IMG/VR virus record: IMGVR_UViG_3300047545_000050
Span: 1 to 25,144 of that record
DNA: 25,144 nt
DNA from: a virus
Taxonomy: Duplodnaviria > Caudoviricetes
Direction: 5' to 3' (one strand)
In this document: positions 9,150 through 18,214 of the stretch, piece after piece
Layout of the letters: every line of letters begins with the position of its first letter
How positions within the stretch are numbered: position 1 is the first letter of the stretch
Position numbers and translations under genes: made by a program
The notes under the pieces: model-generated
Seen by the model: the letters and a program-made list of their open reading frames with translations, nothing else
Told to the model about the DNA's origin: nothing
Databases searched by the model: none

Positions 9150-11428
9150 TATTGCACTCCTATGATTTTGCCGTTCTCATCACGAACAACTTGTTTGGGT
9201 TGGTTAAGTCTTTCAATTAAAGCACCTAAAGTAGCCGTCATTTCTTGGTTACCTTGGGCAATAGCGTTGGCTATGGGGGCTAACGGATGTTCTTGAGCCT
9301 TTAGCATATCCTCATCCATGGTGTATTCCTCGGCAATTCCTTCACCACTATCTACACCAGCACTAATACGAGCCGTTTCAATCTTAGCCCCATTGTTAAT
9401 GTAAGCCAATAGAAGTTGGGTATTGCGCTCAGTCATCATCTTCATTTGAGCCAGTTTCATCTCCATCTCACGGTCTTGAGCGTTACGCTGTTCTTCCAGT
9501 TGGAATTTAAGCTGATTCTCCTGTGCCTGATACTCCTGTTTAGCCTTTTCCAATTCCATCTCGGCAGCCATTTCCTGCTGTTTGAGTTGGGCAGCCATCT
9601 GAAGCTCTTGCATCTTGGCTTGGGTTTGAGCCTGAATCTTTTGCACTTCAGGTGGTGGTTCTTTGGGCTGGCCCGCCAACGCTTTAGCTTGATTTCTAAA
9701 TTGGTCGGCAGTTTCATCAATAAGCCCTTCCATACCTTTTCCAGCCTTAAATGCGGTTACGCCAAACTTGAGCATTTCCATGAGCAACGGAGTTAATTCA
9801 GGTGCTTGGGTGGCTACTGGTAAGGCTTGGTTCATAAACTGACTAACTGCGGTCAAGAACTCGACACGGTCAGCCTTTTCTTGTTGCTCGTCTTGGTAAA
9901 TCATGGAATCGCTAGTCACCTCGATACGGAAGTTCTTAGCGGGTTCATCTTTAAGCAACATCAATGCTTGTGGCACTAACTGTTGGTCTTGTGGGCTTAA
10001 CTGCATTGCACCACTAATTTTCACGATAGTATCTTCCGTGAAATGCTTGCAGATAATCTGCGCTTTGATTTTCAACAGTTCAGTAGCAAAATCCACGACT
10101 GCGTGTTGTAGGTATTTAAGCCTACCCGCAGCGTTATTGGACTTAATAATCTGTGCGCCAAGCGTTTCATTAGGGTCGGTCTGACCACGCTGAATGTCGG
10201 CAATACCCATAATCTCGTAGATTTGGCCCTTAACTTGCTCCATTGCCTGATAAGCCATTTGTAGGGCTTGGGCAAATGGGGCTAGGTCAACAAGGTCAAT
10301 CGCCCCACGCATACCTTGTTTTTCGGCAAATGCTTGCCAGTTCTTGACAGGGATAAGAGTGTTGTTCTCGCCTTCAGAGAACAGTCGGGCTAGGCTAGAT
10401 TCAGAAGCGTCATACACACCACGCACACGCAAGGCGTTTACCAATCCGTCAATACGGTCAGCCAATGTGTCAAGTTGCTTGGCTTGGTCTTGGTAAAGAA
10501 CAAAGTCGGGCACAGGCTCAAGGTTATCTGTGGTCAGGGTGGCATACAAAGGTTTGGGGCATGGGAAAAAGCCTTCAAGCTGTAATGGGTCATCCTTTTC
10601 GTCAAGAATTTCGCCCATTGATTTGCTAATCCAAAAGACCTTGCCTTGTTCTTTATCCCAAATCTCGTAGATACAAGCTTGGTAATGCTCGGCAGTCATC
10701 TGCTTTGTAGCCCACTTGTCGTTCTCAGGCTTGGTATCTAGCTGGATACGACTACCAACTTCCTCGCCAAAGCGGTCAATCAGGGCTTGGCGGCTCATAT
10801 AGACTTTACGCCATACGGCAGTTACTTCTTCCCAAGTACGAGCAACAGTATGACCAAAGTCACGCCAATGCACATAATCAACAGGGGCGCACTCATATTC
10901 AATGCGTTCTTCCGATTCCAATAGTTCAGCGTCTTGCGTTTCGGCTTCATCGGCATCCTCTGTAATCTGTATTCCGTTGCCAACATCTTGACCAGCAATG
11001 CCTGAGTTTAGGTCATTTTGTTCGGCAACAATATGTGGCTCATACCGCACCCATGCCGTGCCACGCCCACCCAATAAGCGGTCAAGCACCGCATTATCCA
11101 TAGCGGAGCGGTAGTCAGAATAGTGTTCAATCTCATACTCCAACGCCCGTTCAAGCATCATTGACGCTACACGCCCAATCGGGTCGTTGTCACGGAATCT
11201 ACGGCTTACATCGGGGCGGGGAAGTCTTGCAAAGATAGCAGGCTTAATAACCTGAACATTTGACCAAAGGATATTAAAGCGAGCATTTGGGTTATTACGG
11301 GTACGGCTGTCATCACGGTAACGCTTAATAATACGGGGTACTCTTGCTTCCCATTCCCGAAATGCTTTGTCATACTGGGCGATGGTGTTGTACCAGTCCT
11401 GATAAGTCTTGTTTAGCGTATCGTTCAT
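9149..11428 (-). CDS. Portal protein (large, with C-terminal coiled-coil barrel)
   Basis: 759 aa directly after TerL. FNILWSNV and ETLGAQ motifs, plus a long Q/E/M-rich C-terminal coiled coil as in P22-type portals. Confidence 0.85.
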   Translation of the reverse strand: MNDTLNKTYQDWYNTIAQYDKAFREWEARVPRIIKRYRDDSRTRNNPNARFNILWSNVQVIKPAIFARLPRPDVSRRFRDNDPIGRVASMMLERALEYEIEHYSDYRSAMDNAVLDRLLGGRGTAWVRYEPHIVAEQNDLNSGIAGQDVGNGIQITEDADEAETQDAELLESEERIEYECAPVDYVHWRDFGHTVARTWEEVTAVWRKVYMSRQALIDRFGEEVGSRIQLDTKPENDKWATKQMTAEHYQACIYEIWDKEQGKVFWISKSMGEILDEKDDPLQLEGFFPCPKPLYATLTTDNLEPVPDFVLYQDQAKQLDTLADRIDGLVNALRVRGVYDASESSLARLFSEGENNTLIPVKNWQAFAEKQGMRGAIDLVDLAPFAQALQMAYQAMEQVKGQIYEIMGIADIQRGQTDPNETLGAQIIKSNNAAGRLKYLQHAVVDFATELLKIKAQIICKHFTEDTIVKISGAMQLSPQDQQLVPQALMLLKDEPAKNFRIEVTSDSMIYQDEQQEKADRVEFLTAVSQFMNQALPVATQAPELTPLLMEMLKFGVTAFKAGKGMEGLIDETADQFRNQAKALAGQPKEPPPEVQKIQAQTQAKMQELQMAAQLKQQEMAAEMELEKAKQEYQAQENQLKFQLEEQRNAQDREMEMKLAQMKMMTERNTQLLLAYINNGAKIETARISAGVDSGEGIAEEYTMDEDMLKAQEHPLAPIANAIAQGNQEMTATLGALIERLNQPKQVVRDENGKIIGVQ

Positions 11429-11430
11429 AC

Positions 11431-12792
11431 TTAATACCTTTGGTAATTAGTTTTCGGTGTGCTGCGCCACAATTCCTCTAAGGTCGTTTCATTTGCCCCA
11501 ACAGTAATGCCACGAATCGGTGCGTTTTGTCGTGCAATTTCCGATTCATCCTGCCAAGCAATAGAAAGCATCCTGAAAGCATCCGCACCATGTGAAGTCC
11601 AATCATGGCGGGGTTTATCCCTAAATACTTTCTTGTCCTCATCGTACTCCCTTTGATACTGACGCAAACACTCTATCCCTTCTTGGCATTTCATGGCATC
11701 AAACCAAGTTCTTGCTAGTGCCATGCGTGTTGCCTGTATGCCGTCTTGAAGTGACAGATTTGGAACAATTTTAAACAAATTTCCGCTTTTTAGGGGCAAT
11801 TTATCCATTAATTGTTCAATTATTGACCTTCCACCGCTTGCTAATGTTTTTGCACGAGCGTCATGCGGTAGCCAATGTGTGCCATATTCATAGGGTCGTT
11901 CTTTGATTTGGTTGGCGTAATACACAATCGGTTGCCCGTGGGCTTCGTGGTAATCCAATACCCGAATCTCGCCATGCACCACCTGAAACCACCAAATAGC
12001 CGTGGCATCGTTGTAGCCCAAATCCCATGCGGTATGGACTGGGAACATGGTGTCGCACTCTACTTTAGTAATGCGCCCAGCATCGGTCAGCAAACGCATC
12101 TCTGTGCCGTATATAGCACCCAGTATAGCAGCTTCAAATGAACACTCAAACTCTTGCTGATATTGGTCAATCGACATGGACTTTAGGGCATCATCCAATT
12201 CAGCCTGTGCGATTAGCTTAGTCTGACTAGCCCGTAAGACGGAACTAAACCACTCATCCCGATTCAGCGTTGCGTATTGGTAAATGTCGTAAAAGGTATT
12301 GTGGCCCTTTGGTGTACCGATAAAGGTAGCCCAGCCTTGCCTATCAGCCAATAGAGGTCGAATGACCTCGCCCCATATCTTTGGCTTCATGTCGGCATAT
12401 TCGTCAAGAACTACACCATCTAGGTATAAACCCCTAAGTGCGTCAGGATTGTCTGCACCAAACAAACGAATTCTAGCCCCGTTGAATAGCTCGACCCACA
12501 GTTCAGAGATATTGTGCTTGACCCTAGCAGGCTCACTAAACTGCATAAGGTAATCAAAAGCAATAGACTTAGCTTGGGCATAGTACGGGGCAATATACGC
12601 ATATCGGGCATTTTCCTTTTCTTCGGTCATAGCTCGCCAAAGAATGTCATTAATACAGGCTACGGTCTTGCCTGCCCTTCGGTGAGCAATAATCACAGCC
12701 CAGCGTTGAGTTCTGTCGTGGAATGGCTCAAATACGCTTCTAGGGGTGTATAGCTCTATCGGTACATCAATGTAGTCGGCTACTTCTTCCAT
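11431..12792 (-). CDS. terL: Terminase large subunit
   Basis: Walker A HRRAGKT, Walker B VVLDEYAD, coupling motif GTP, RNase H-like nuclease motifs AWDLG and HGADAFR. Confidence 0.95.
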   Translation of the reverse strand: MEEVADYIDVPIELYTPRSVFEPFHDRTQRWAVIIAHRRAGKTVACINDILWRAMTEEKENARYAYIAPYYAQAKSIAFDYLMQFSEPARVKHNISELWVELFNGARIRLFGADNPDALRGLYLDGVVLDEYADMKPKIWGEVIRPLLADRQGWATFIGTPKGHNTFYDIYQYATLNRDEWFSSVLRASQTKLIAQAELDDALKSMSIDQYQQEFECSFEAAILGAIYGTEMRLLTDAGRITKVECDTMFPVHTAWDLGYNDATAIWWFQVVHGEIRVLDYHEAHGQPIVYYANQIKERPYEYGTHWLPHDARAKTLASGGRSIIEQLMDKLPLKSGNLFKIVPNLSLQDGIQATRMALARTWFDAMKCQEGIECLRQYQREYDEDKKVFRDKPRHDWTSHGADAFRMLSIAWQDESEIARQNAPIRGITVGANETTLEELWRSTPKTNYQRY

Positions 12793-13070
12793 GTAACCAC
12801 ATAGCGAATGGGTTTGTCCTCACTACCAGTATGCTCAGTACGGGCTAATTTAGGTACATGGTATTCAGCCACTTGCATAAAGCAGTCAAATGCGTGTTTA
12901 GGGCCGTATTTAGGGTCATCAGCAATGGCTTCTAGCCACTCTTGTAACTTATGGCTATTACCATCAACAAACCGTGCAATAGCTTCTCTAGCCAATGCGG
13001 TGCTTTTATTGGGGCTTCCTGCTGGTCTGCCTGCCCCTTTAGGATTATTTTTTAATTGTTTATTAACCAT
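12780..13070 (-). CDS. terS: Terminase small subunit (short)
   Basis: 96 aa with GRPAGSPNK and PKLARTEHTG motifs, overlaps the TerL start, GAGG RBS. Confidence 0.7.
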   Translation of the reverse strand: MVNKQLKNNPKGAGRPAGSPNKSTALAREAIARFVDGNSHKLQEWLEAIADDPKYGPKHAFDCFMQVAEYHVPKLARTEHTGSEDKPIRYVVTWKK

Positions 13071-13111
13071 ACTACCTCAAGTGATTGATTTAGTTAGGGT
13101 AATTCTACAAT

Positions 13112-13291
13112 TCAATCAGCTTCTGTGCAATAGCCTAATTTACAAGCCAACATCCACATTTGATATTCAAATTGTTCAAGTCTTTTACTAGCTAATGGCA
13201 AGTTTGTAAGGTCTTGACAATAAATGTATTTATCCATTGTTTGTGAATATTGTTTGGCGTTTTCAGCCGTCAAAAACTGATTTGTTTCCAT
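13112..13291 (-). CDS. Hypothetical protein (59 aa)
   Basis: Hand-translated METNQFLTAENAKQYSQTMDKYIYCQDLTNLPLASKRLEQFEYQMWMLACKLGYCTEAD, with a GGGGGAA RBS at 13294-13300. Confidence 0.65.
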   Translation of the reverse strand: METNQFLTAENAKQYSQTMDKYIYCQDLTNLPLASKRLEQFEYQMWMLACKLGYCTEAD

Positions 13292-13309
13292 GATTCCCCC
13301 TGTGAAAAT

Positions 13310-13984
13310 TTAGTCTATATAACCAAACTTCTTTGCATTTTGTATGGACTTCTCATCCATAGACATAGGTATTTTCCCTAATCCCATATCTCTTAATACT
13401 GCATATCGGTGTCTGCCATCTCCAAACACAATAGTTCCATTGTCTTTAACAACAGCGTTACTGGCGTTCATTGGTTTGCCAGTTTCAAGATATTTTTGCA
13501 CACCAGCAATTCTTTCAGGTTTTCCACCTTCGGCATTTTTACCAATGTATTGCCAATCAGTTTGTTTAAATGCTTCGTCAAATGTGGCGGGATTTACATT
13601 GACTAGCTTGTTGCCTTCTTTGGCTTCTATTTTGTGAATTGTTACAGGGATGGTTTTGTCGTTAATTTGTATAGTTGGCAGATTTTCGTCTAATTTTTGT
13701 TTTAACAATTCTTTTCTTGTTAAATTTGTACTACCCATTAAATTAGGTACTTGAGCCATTTGGCGTTCAAATGCGGCTCTATCGCCTACTTGTATGCCTT
13801 GGTCACCCATTGTTAAAGCAGCGTCTATATCTGCTCGTTGTTGGGCTAAATTTTGGGCGGCATTGGGAATGATGTTACGAATGTAATTGCTCATGGTCTG
13901 AGCCGTGGTTGTGCGTGGGCCTACCACCTGACCTTGGGGTGTTACATATCCAGCTTGGCGTAGAACTTCAGCCAATGTAGCCAT
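13310..13984 (-). CDS. Two-part protein with a C-terminal ParB/sulfiredoxin-like domain
   Basis: C-terminal IVFGDGRHRYAVLRDMGLGKIPM matches the ParB/Srx DGxHR motif. The N-terminal ~85 aa are Q/A-rich and helical. Confidence 0.7.
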   Translation of the reverse strand: MATLAEVLRQAGYVTPQGQVVGPRTTTAQTMSNYIRNIIPNAAQNLAQQRADIDAALTMGDQGIQVGDRAAFERQMAQVPNLMGSTNLTRKELLKQKLDENLPTIQINDKTIPVTIHKIEAKEGNKLVNVNPATFDEAFKQTDWQYIGKNAEGGKPERIAGVQKYLETGKPMNASNAVVKDNGTIVFGDGRHRYAVLRDMGLGKIPMSMDEKSIQNAKKFGYID

Positions 13985-14131
13985 TTACGCCATATCCTTT
14001 GCAAACTTATTAAAGTGCTTCATTAATGCGGCTTTACGCTTCTCACGCTTATCTTGGTTCTTTTCTAGCGAGGTTTGTTTGTGCGGTTGCAACAAAGAAT
14101 TCTCAGGTTTAATCTTTTCTTTTTTAAACAT
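13985..14131 (-). CDS. Small basic hypothetical protein (48 aa)
   Basis: Hand-translated MFKKEKIKPENSLLQPHKQTSLEKNQDKREKRKAALMKHFNKFAKDMA. AAGGA RBS, start/stop coupled on both sides. Confidence 0.7.
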   Translation of the reverse strand: MFKKEKIKPENSLLQPHKQTSLEKNQDKREKRKAALMKHFNKFAKDMA

Positions 14132-14307
14132 TACATATCCTTCATAGCGTCAGAAATTACTTGTCTGCGGGGCTTTTTAGCAGTTTTAGCGGCATCTTTA
14201 AAGTCTTGGGCGGTTGGGCGGCCTTCTTCGCCAGCTTTTTTCATTTTTTCGCCTGAACCAGCCTTAATCCTAGCTCGTTTTTTATGAATATTCTCGTAAA
14301 GGCTCAT
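14131..14307 (-). CDS. Small basic conserved phage protein (LYxNIHxKRxRIKAGSGEKM type, 58 aa)
   Basis: Hand-translated MSLYENIHKKRARIKAGSGEKMKKAGEEGRPTAQDFKDAAKTAKKPRRQVISDAMKDM. ATGA overlap with the upstream gene, GAGG RBS. Confidence 0.8.
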   Translation of the reverse strand: MSLYENIHKKRARIKAGSGEKMKKAGEEGRPTAQDFKDAAKTAKKPRRQVISDAMKDM

Positions 14308-14489
14308 GCTTTTTCCTCAATGTATTTGGCGTAAGCATCTTCAAGTTTGGCTTTGCGTGCGCCTTTGGCGTATTTACGCTCGGTTGAAAGGGCAATAGCC
14401 ACGGCTTGCTTTTTAGGTTTGCCAGCTTTCATCTCTTTTTTGATGTTTTTGCCTACGGCTTCTTTGCTACCTGATTTAATTAGGGGCAT
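14304..14489 (-). CDS. Small basic conserved phage protein (MPLxK...GKPxKQAVAIAL type)
   Basis: 61 aa, AGGAG RBS, Lys-rich, with a motif common just upstream of terminase genes. Confidence 0.8.
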   Translation of the reverse strand: MPLIKSGSKEAVGKNIKKEMKAGKPKKQAVAIALSTERKYAKGARKAKLEDAYAKYIEEKA

Positions 14490-14516
14490 AAAAACTCCTG
14501 TAGTTACCCAATTATA

Positions 14517-15197
14517 TTAGGTTTTTTGCAAAATCCACACACTCCAATAAGGGTAAGCGTTAAAAAAGTTCTCGTCTTTGTCGGCTGTTGGTTTGTATTT
14601 AGACCTAACAAATTTGTTATACGCTTCTACATCAAACATAAAGCCGTGCTTGTGAAATAACTCGTACCAATAACGAATCGGCTGAATGTTCACATGGGTC
14701 GGGTCACCCATATACATTTCTTTGGTTTCGCCATCCTTGACTGCGTCTAAGCATATGAAAAATCTACCGTTTTTCTTTAAAATTCTTGAAAATTCATGCA
14801 AAATGGCATCCATTTGGTCTTGCGGAATATGCTCCAACACCTGTGCGGTATGCACTAAATCCACGCTTTCAGTCAATGCGGGGGTGTCAGCGATTGAGCC
14901 ACAAACAAGCTCATTGGCGTAATACCCAAAATGGGTACGACCTAACCCAATCATGGATTCATTCAAATCTACCCCTAAAACCCGCATATTTAGCTTATGA
15001 AAGCCTTTTAGGATTGAGCCACACGCACACCCAGCATCAACCACAAAGCCGTCACGGGGCGTTTTACAGGCTTCTGTGACCATTTTGGCATATTCCTCTT
15101 GCCAGTAGCCATGCCCAAGGTAATCAAGACCAGCATCTTTATGCTCGTCATAGTAGTCTTGGTTGTATTCGGTGACTTTAAGATTGTTCAACAACAC
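14517..15197 (-). CDS. Class I SAM-dependent methyltransferase (small-molecule/glycan type)
   Basis: VVDAGCACG motif I, GVD motif II, DLVHTAQVLEHI, RILKKNG and DPTH. No DPPY or PC DNA-methyltransferase catalytic motif. Confidence 0.85.
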   Translation of the reverse strand: MLLNNLKVTEYNQDYYDEHKDAGLDYLGHGYWQEEYAKMVTEACKTPRDGFVVDAGCACGSILKGFHKLNMRVLGVDLNESMIGLGRTHFGYYANELVCGSIADTPALTESVDLVHTAQVLEHIPQDQMDAILHEFSRILKKNGRFFICLDAVKDGETKEMYMGDPTHVNIQPIRYWYELFHKHGFMFDVEAYNKFVRSKYKPTADKDENFFNAYPYWSVWILQKT

Positions 15198-15471
15198 GAA
15201 CTAATCCAATCGCTCGTAGCGCAGCTTCGGGTGAATCAACACGGCTAAGTGGCCCACCCTTCCAGTTTGCGATGAACTTAAGTTGGTCTTTGGTGAACTT
15301 GGCTTTTGCGTCACGCTTGACTTCCATCAAGATTGTTTCACCGTTGTAGCACACCATCAAATCAGGGATTCCACGCCCAACCATCGACAAAATGTATACA
15401 TCTGCCCCCGCTTTTCTAAGGGTTTCTACTATTTCTGTTTGGTTTACATCAACCTTACGAGCGTATGGCAT
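15178..15471 (-). CDS. VRR-NUC-like PD-(D/E)XK nuclease (possible junction resolvase)
   Basis: GIPDLMV...LMEVK...TKDQLKF motif pattern, 97 aa. Confidence 0.75.
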   Translation of the reverse strand: MPYARKVDVNQTEIVETLRKAGADVYILSMVGRGIPDLMVCYNGETILMEVKRDAKAKFTKDQLKFIANWKGGPLSRVDSPEAALRAIGLVRVVEQS

Positions 15472-15528
15472 TGATTATTAACAAATTTCGGTTAAGATAA
15501 GCTAACTTTATCACGAATCAGGTCTTGT

Positions 15529-16485
15529 ATGACTATAAAAGTATCCGATGAAGAATTTATAGCACTCTGGAAACAACACGAATCAGTCGCAGCTATCGCC
15601 AAAATTACAGGAATTGCGTACCGTGCGGTGCTTAAAAGACGAGCAAGTATTGAGAAAAAATACGACACAATTCTTAAAGCGGTGGACAACCGTGGTCGCC
15701 CCGATATTTATATTCCAGATGAACAAACCCAATGCAACATTAATTTAGATAACGGGGTCATCATTGTAGGTTCTGACTGTCATTACAACCCCAAATACAT
15801 CACCACCGCCCACCGTGCATTTGTGCAATGCGTCAAATATTTAAAACCCAAGTTTGTAATCTTAAATGGCGATTTGTTTGACTTTGCCACCATTTCAGCC
15901 CATCACCGTATTGGTTGGCAACATCACCCCACCGTTAAAGAAGAATTGGAAGAAACGCAAGAAAGGCTGGCAGATATTGAAGCCGTGCGCCCTGCTGGGT
16001 GCAAACTACTAATAACCATTGGTAACCATGACCTACGCTTTTCTGGCAAATTATCGAATGTTTTACCTCAGTACGAGGGTATTAAAGGCTTTGACATAGC
16101 CGACCACACGCCCTTATGGAAGTGGTATTGGAGTGTTATGGTCAATGGTAACTGCATGATTAAGCACCGTTGGCATAATGGCATCCATGCCGTTTACAAC
16201 AACATCCTAAAGTCTGGTACTTCATTTGTTTCGGGGCATTTACATAGCCTTAAAGTAACCCCGTGGACTGATTATACGGGTACACGGTATGGAGTAGATA
16301 CAGGCACGATGGCTTGCGTTAAAGACCAGCAGTTCATTTATGCGGAAAATAACCCCCTTAACTGGCGGTCAGGTTTTGCTGTGCTAACCTTTAATAACGG
16401 TAGGCTTATGCCACCTGAACTAGCAGAAGTTGTTGATGAGGATAAAGGCTTGTACTACTTCCGTGGGCAAGTTATGAAAGTATGA
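15529..16485 (+). CDS. Calcineurin-like metallophosphoesterase with N-terminal HTH-like segment
   Basis: Motifs SDCH, NGDLFD, GNHD, KH and GHLH in canonical order. Confidence 0.9.
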   Translation: MTIKVSDEEFIALWKQHESVAAIAKITGIAYRAVLKRRASIEKKYDTILKAVDNRGRPDIYIPDEQTQCNINLDNGVIIVGSDCHYNPKYITTAHRAFVQCVKYLKPKFVILNGDLFDFATISAHHRIGWQHHPTVKEELEETQERLADIEAVRPAGCKLLITIGNHDLRFSGKLSNVLPQYEGIKGFDIADHTPLWKWYWSVMVNGNCMIKHRWHNGIHAVYNNILKSGTSFVSGHLHSLKVTPWTDYTGTRYGVDTGTMACVKDQQFIYAENNPLNWRSGFAVLTFNNGRLMPPELAEVVDEDKGLYYFRGQVMKV

Positions 16486-16835
16486 AGCTAACCCCCAAGA
16501 TTATTGAGAATATATACGCAATGCTTTACTGCGTAGAGCCGTTCTCATCTTGGGAGTTACCGTTACCTGAAGAAGTCAAATTTATTGTGGACTGCGACCC
16601 CGATGTAATGGGTACTTACTTATATGACGATGGCGAAAGCCACGCCCATACGATTACTATTTCATCGGCTCGGTGTGGTCATTTAGATACAGTAATTCGA
16701 ACTATGGCCCATGAGATGATTCATGCGTCTAGGTGGAATACCGTTACTCATGCGTGGACTAAACACGATAAAACCTTTCGTAACCGTGCCAAAGCGGTGG
16801 CTAACGAGTTGGGGTTTGACCCTTTAGAACTATAA
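16482..16835 (+). CDS. SprT-like zinc metallopeptidase
   Basis: TMAHEMIH (HExxH) followed by KHDKTF. ATGA-coupled to the phosphoesterase gene. Confidence 0.8.
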   Translation: MKLTPKIIENIYAMLYCVEPFSSWELPLPEEVKFIVDCDPDVMGTYLYDDGESHAHTITISSARCGHLDTVIRTMAHEMIHASRWNTVTHAWTKHDKTFRNRAKAVANELGFDPLEL

Positions 16836-16888
16836 CAAACGCTATAAATGGTGATAGCACCACAAACATTCCAAATAATAACGCCCAA

Positions 16889-17602
16889 TCATTCATTAGC
16901 AATCCTATTTTTTGCAATCTCAAAATATGATTTGTCTTTTTCTATTCCAATAAAGTTTCTGTTCAAATTCTTACAGGCTACACCAGTTGTTCCGCTACCC
17001 ATACAGTTATCTAATACTGTATCACCTTCATTTGTATAATTTTTTACAAGATATTCAAGCAAATCTAAAGGTTTTTGTGTTGGGTGAACTTTACCTTTTT
17101 GCTGTGCATTTGAAATTTCAATAATACTTTTTGGAAAATATTTGTTATATAAAACTTTTTTTGTTTCATTATAGTTTCCGTAACAGCCATTATTGGCATA
17201 TTTTTTACCACCTTTTGTTCTTGTTTTACCAATTGTCATTTGTGGATTGTATATACCAAAAGAAGCATAAAACACCAAAACACTTTCATGGTTCATTAAT
17301 GGCATTCTATTGGCATTTAAAAAATTGCTTGGCTTTTTTTTGTTCCAAATCCATTCATATTTAAACCATTTGGGATTGCTCATTACTAAAGCGCTAGTAA
17401 ATGGTTGTGCAGAATTAAGGACTATTGCACCATTGTCTTTAATAATGCGTTTGTAAGCATCCCAAAGCGGTTCAAAAGGTATTACGCTATCCCACTTACA
17501 GGCTGTAGTGCCGTAAGGCAAATCACAAATAATGGCATCTATTGATTTATCAGGTATAGTTTGCATTACCTCTAAACAATCGCCTAAATACAAATCACTC
17601 AT
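16889..17602 (-). CDS. N4-cytosine/N6-adenine DNA methyltransferase, beta class
   Basis: N-terminal DLPY (motif IV), HPTQKP, and C-terminal LDNCMGSGTTG (motif I). Visibly AT-rich. Confidence 0.92.
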   Translation of the reverse strand: MSDLYLGDCLEVMQTIPDKSIDAIICDLPYGTTACKWDSVIPFEPLWDAYKRIIKDNGAIVLNSAQPFTSALVMSNPKWFKYEWIWNKKKPSNFLNANRMPLMNHESVLVFYASFGIYNPQMTIGKTRTKGGKKYANNGCYGNYNETKKVLYNKYFPKSIIEISNAQQKGKVHPTQKPLDLLEYLVKNYTNEGDTVLDNCMGSGTTGVACKNLNRNFIGIEKDKSYFEIAKNRIANE

Positions 17603-17873
17603 CTATAGCGAGCAACCTCTCCGTGTAGGTAAGCAAATCTTCTTGAGTAAGATTGTATCTACGCTCAAATCCTTTAGCCCCAAGTCCGTGAACACCTGTA
17701 TTCCCTCGATGATGTTCGGGGCATAGCGGTATGACTTCTGCGTTTTCTCGCAACCCACCAAATCGTCTAATGTGATGGATTTCTGCGGGGGTGTCTTTAA
17801 ATCCAAATTGTCGGCATAAGATACAGCCAAGTCGGGCAACTTTGTCATAATGTTTTTTGGTTTGCGTATTCAT
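17595..17873 (-). CDS. Ref-like (recombination enhancement) HNH nuclease
   Basis: GCILC...AEIHH...VIPLCPEHHRG..GVH pattern. Confidence 0.75.
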   Translation of the reverse strand: MNTQTKKHYDKVARLGCILCRQFGFKDTPAEIHHIRRFGGLRENAEVIPLCPEHHRGNTGVHGLGAKGFERRYNLTQEDLLTYTERLLAIDE

Positions 17874-18210
17874 ACCACATTACATAAAAGGCTTTAAATT
17901 CCTCAACTCCTTGACCCAATTTTACACATGAGCCAAAAGGCGGTACTTGCCAAAATTCCTCGATGACCATTTCATTATCGGTATTGCCTTGCACAATGAC
18001 CACCGTAAAATTATGCGTTTTGGCAAAGGCTTGTAGTAATCTGCGTTGCCCATCACTAACTTTTTCGTTGGGCCGTTTCCATTCCATCACCAAAAACTTG
18101 CCGTTGCGCTCGGCTATTCCGTCAATATTGCTAGGGCAAAAGGCAGGATTTGTAGGAATTAAACCTTTAAACGCACCGTAGTCAATGTGCGTAGCAAAGG
18201 CGTTCCTCAT
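17845..18210 (-). CDS. Hypothetical protein with a PD-(D/E)XK-like fold
   Basis: SNIDGIAERNGKFLVMEWKR...VSDGQ motif. Start placed at MRNAFATH (18210), just after the upstream stop. Confidence 0.6.
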   Translation of the reverse strand: MRNAFATHIDYGAFKGLIPTNPAFCPSNIDGIAERNGKFLVMEWKRPNEKVSDGQRRLLQAFAKTHNFTVVIVQGNTDNEMVIEEFWQVPPFGSCVKLGQGVEEFKAFYVMWYEYANQKTL

Positions 18211-18214
18211 TATC

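Noticed and set aside
124-13191. Plus-strand ORFs antisense to structural genes (e.g. 124..357, 1086..1433, 6962..7345, 9416..9796, 12808..13191)
   Set aside because: They are shadows of real minus-strand genes, with no RBS or recognisable motifs.
17603-17848. Second overlapping frame inside the Ref-like gene
   Set aside because: It has an ATGA-type start but is short with no recognisable motif, while the 17595..17873 frame carries all the conserved residues.
16889-18210. Complete type II restriction-modification system
   Set aside because: The neighbouring nucleases are small Ref-like and PD-(D/E)XK phage proteins rather than a cognate REase. The methyltransferase looks like an orphan AT-rich insertion.
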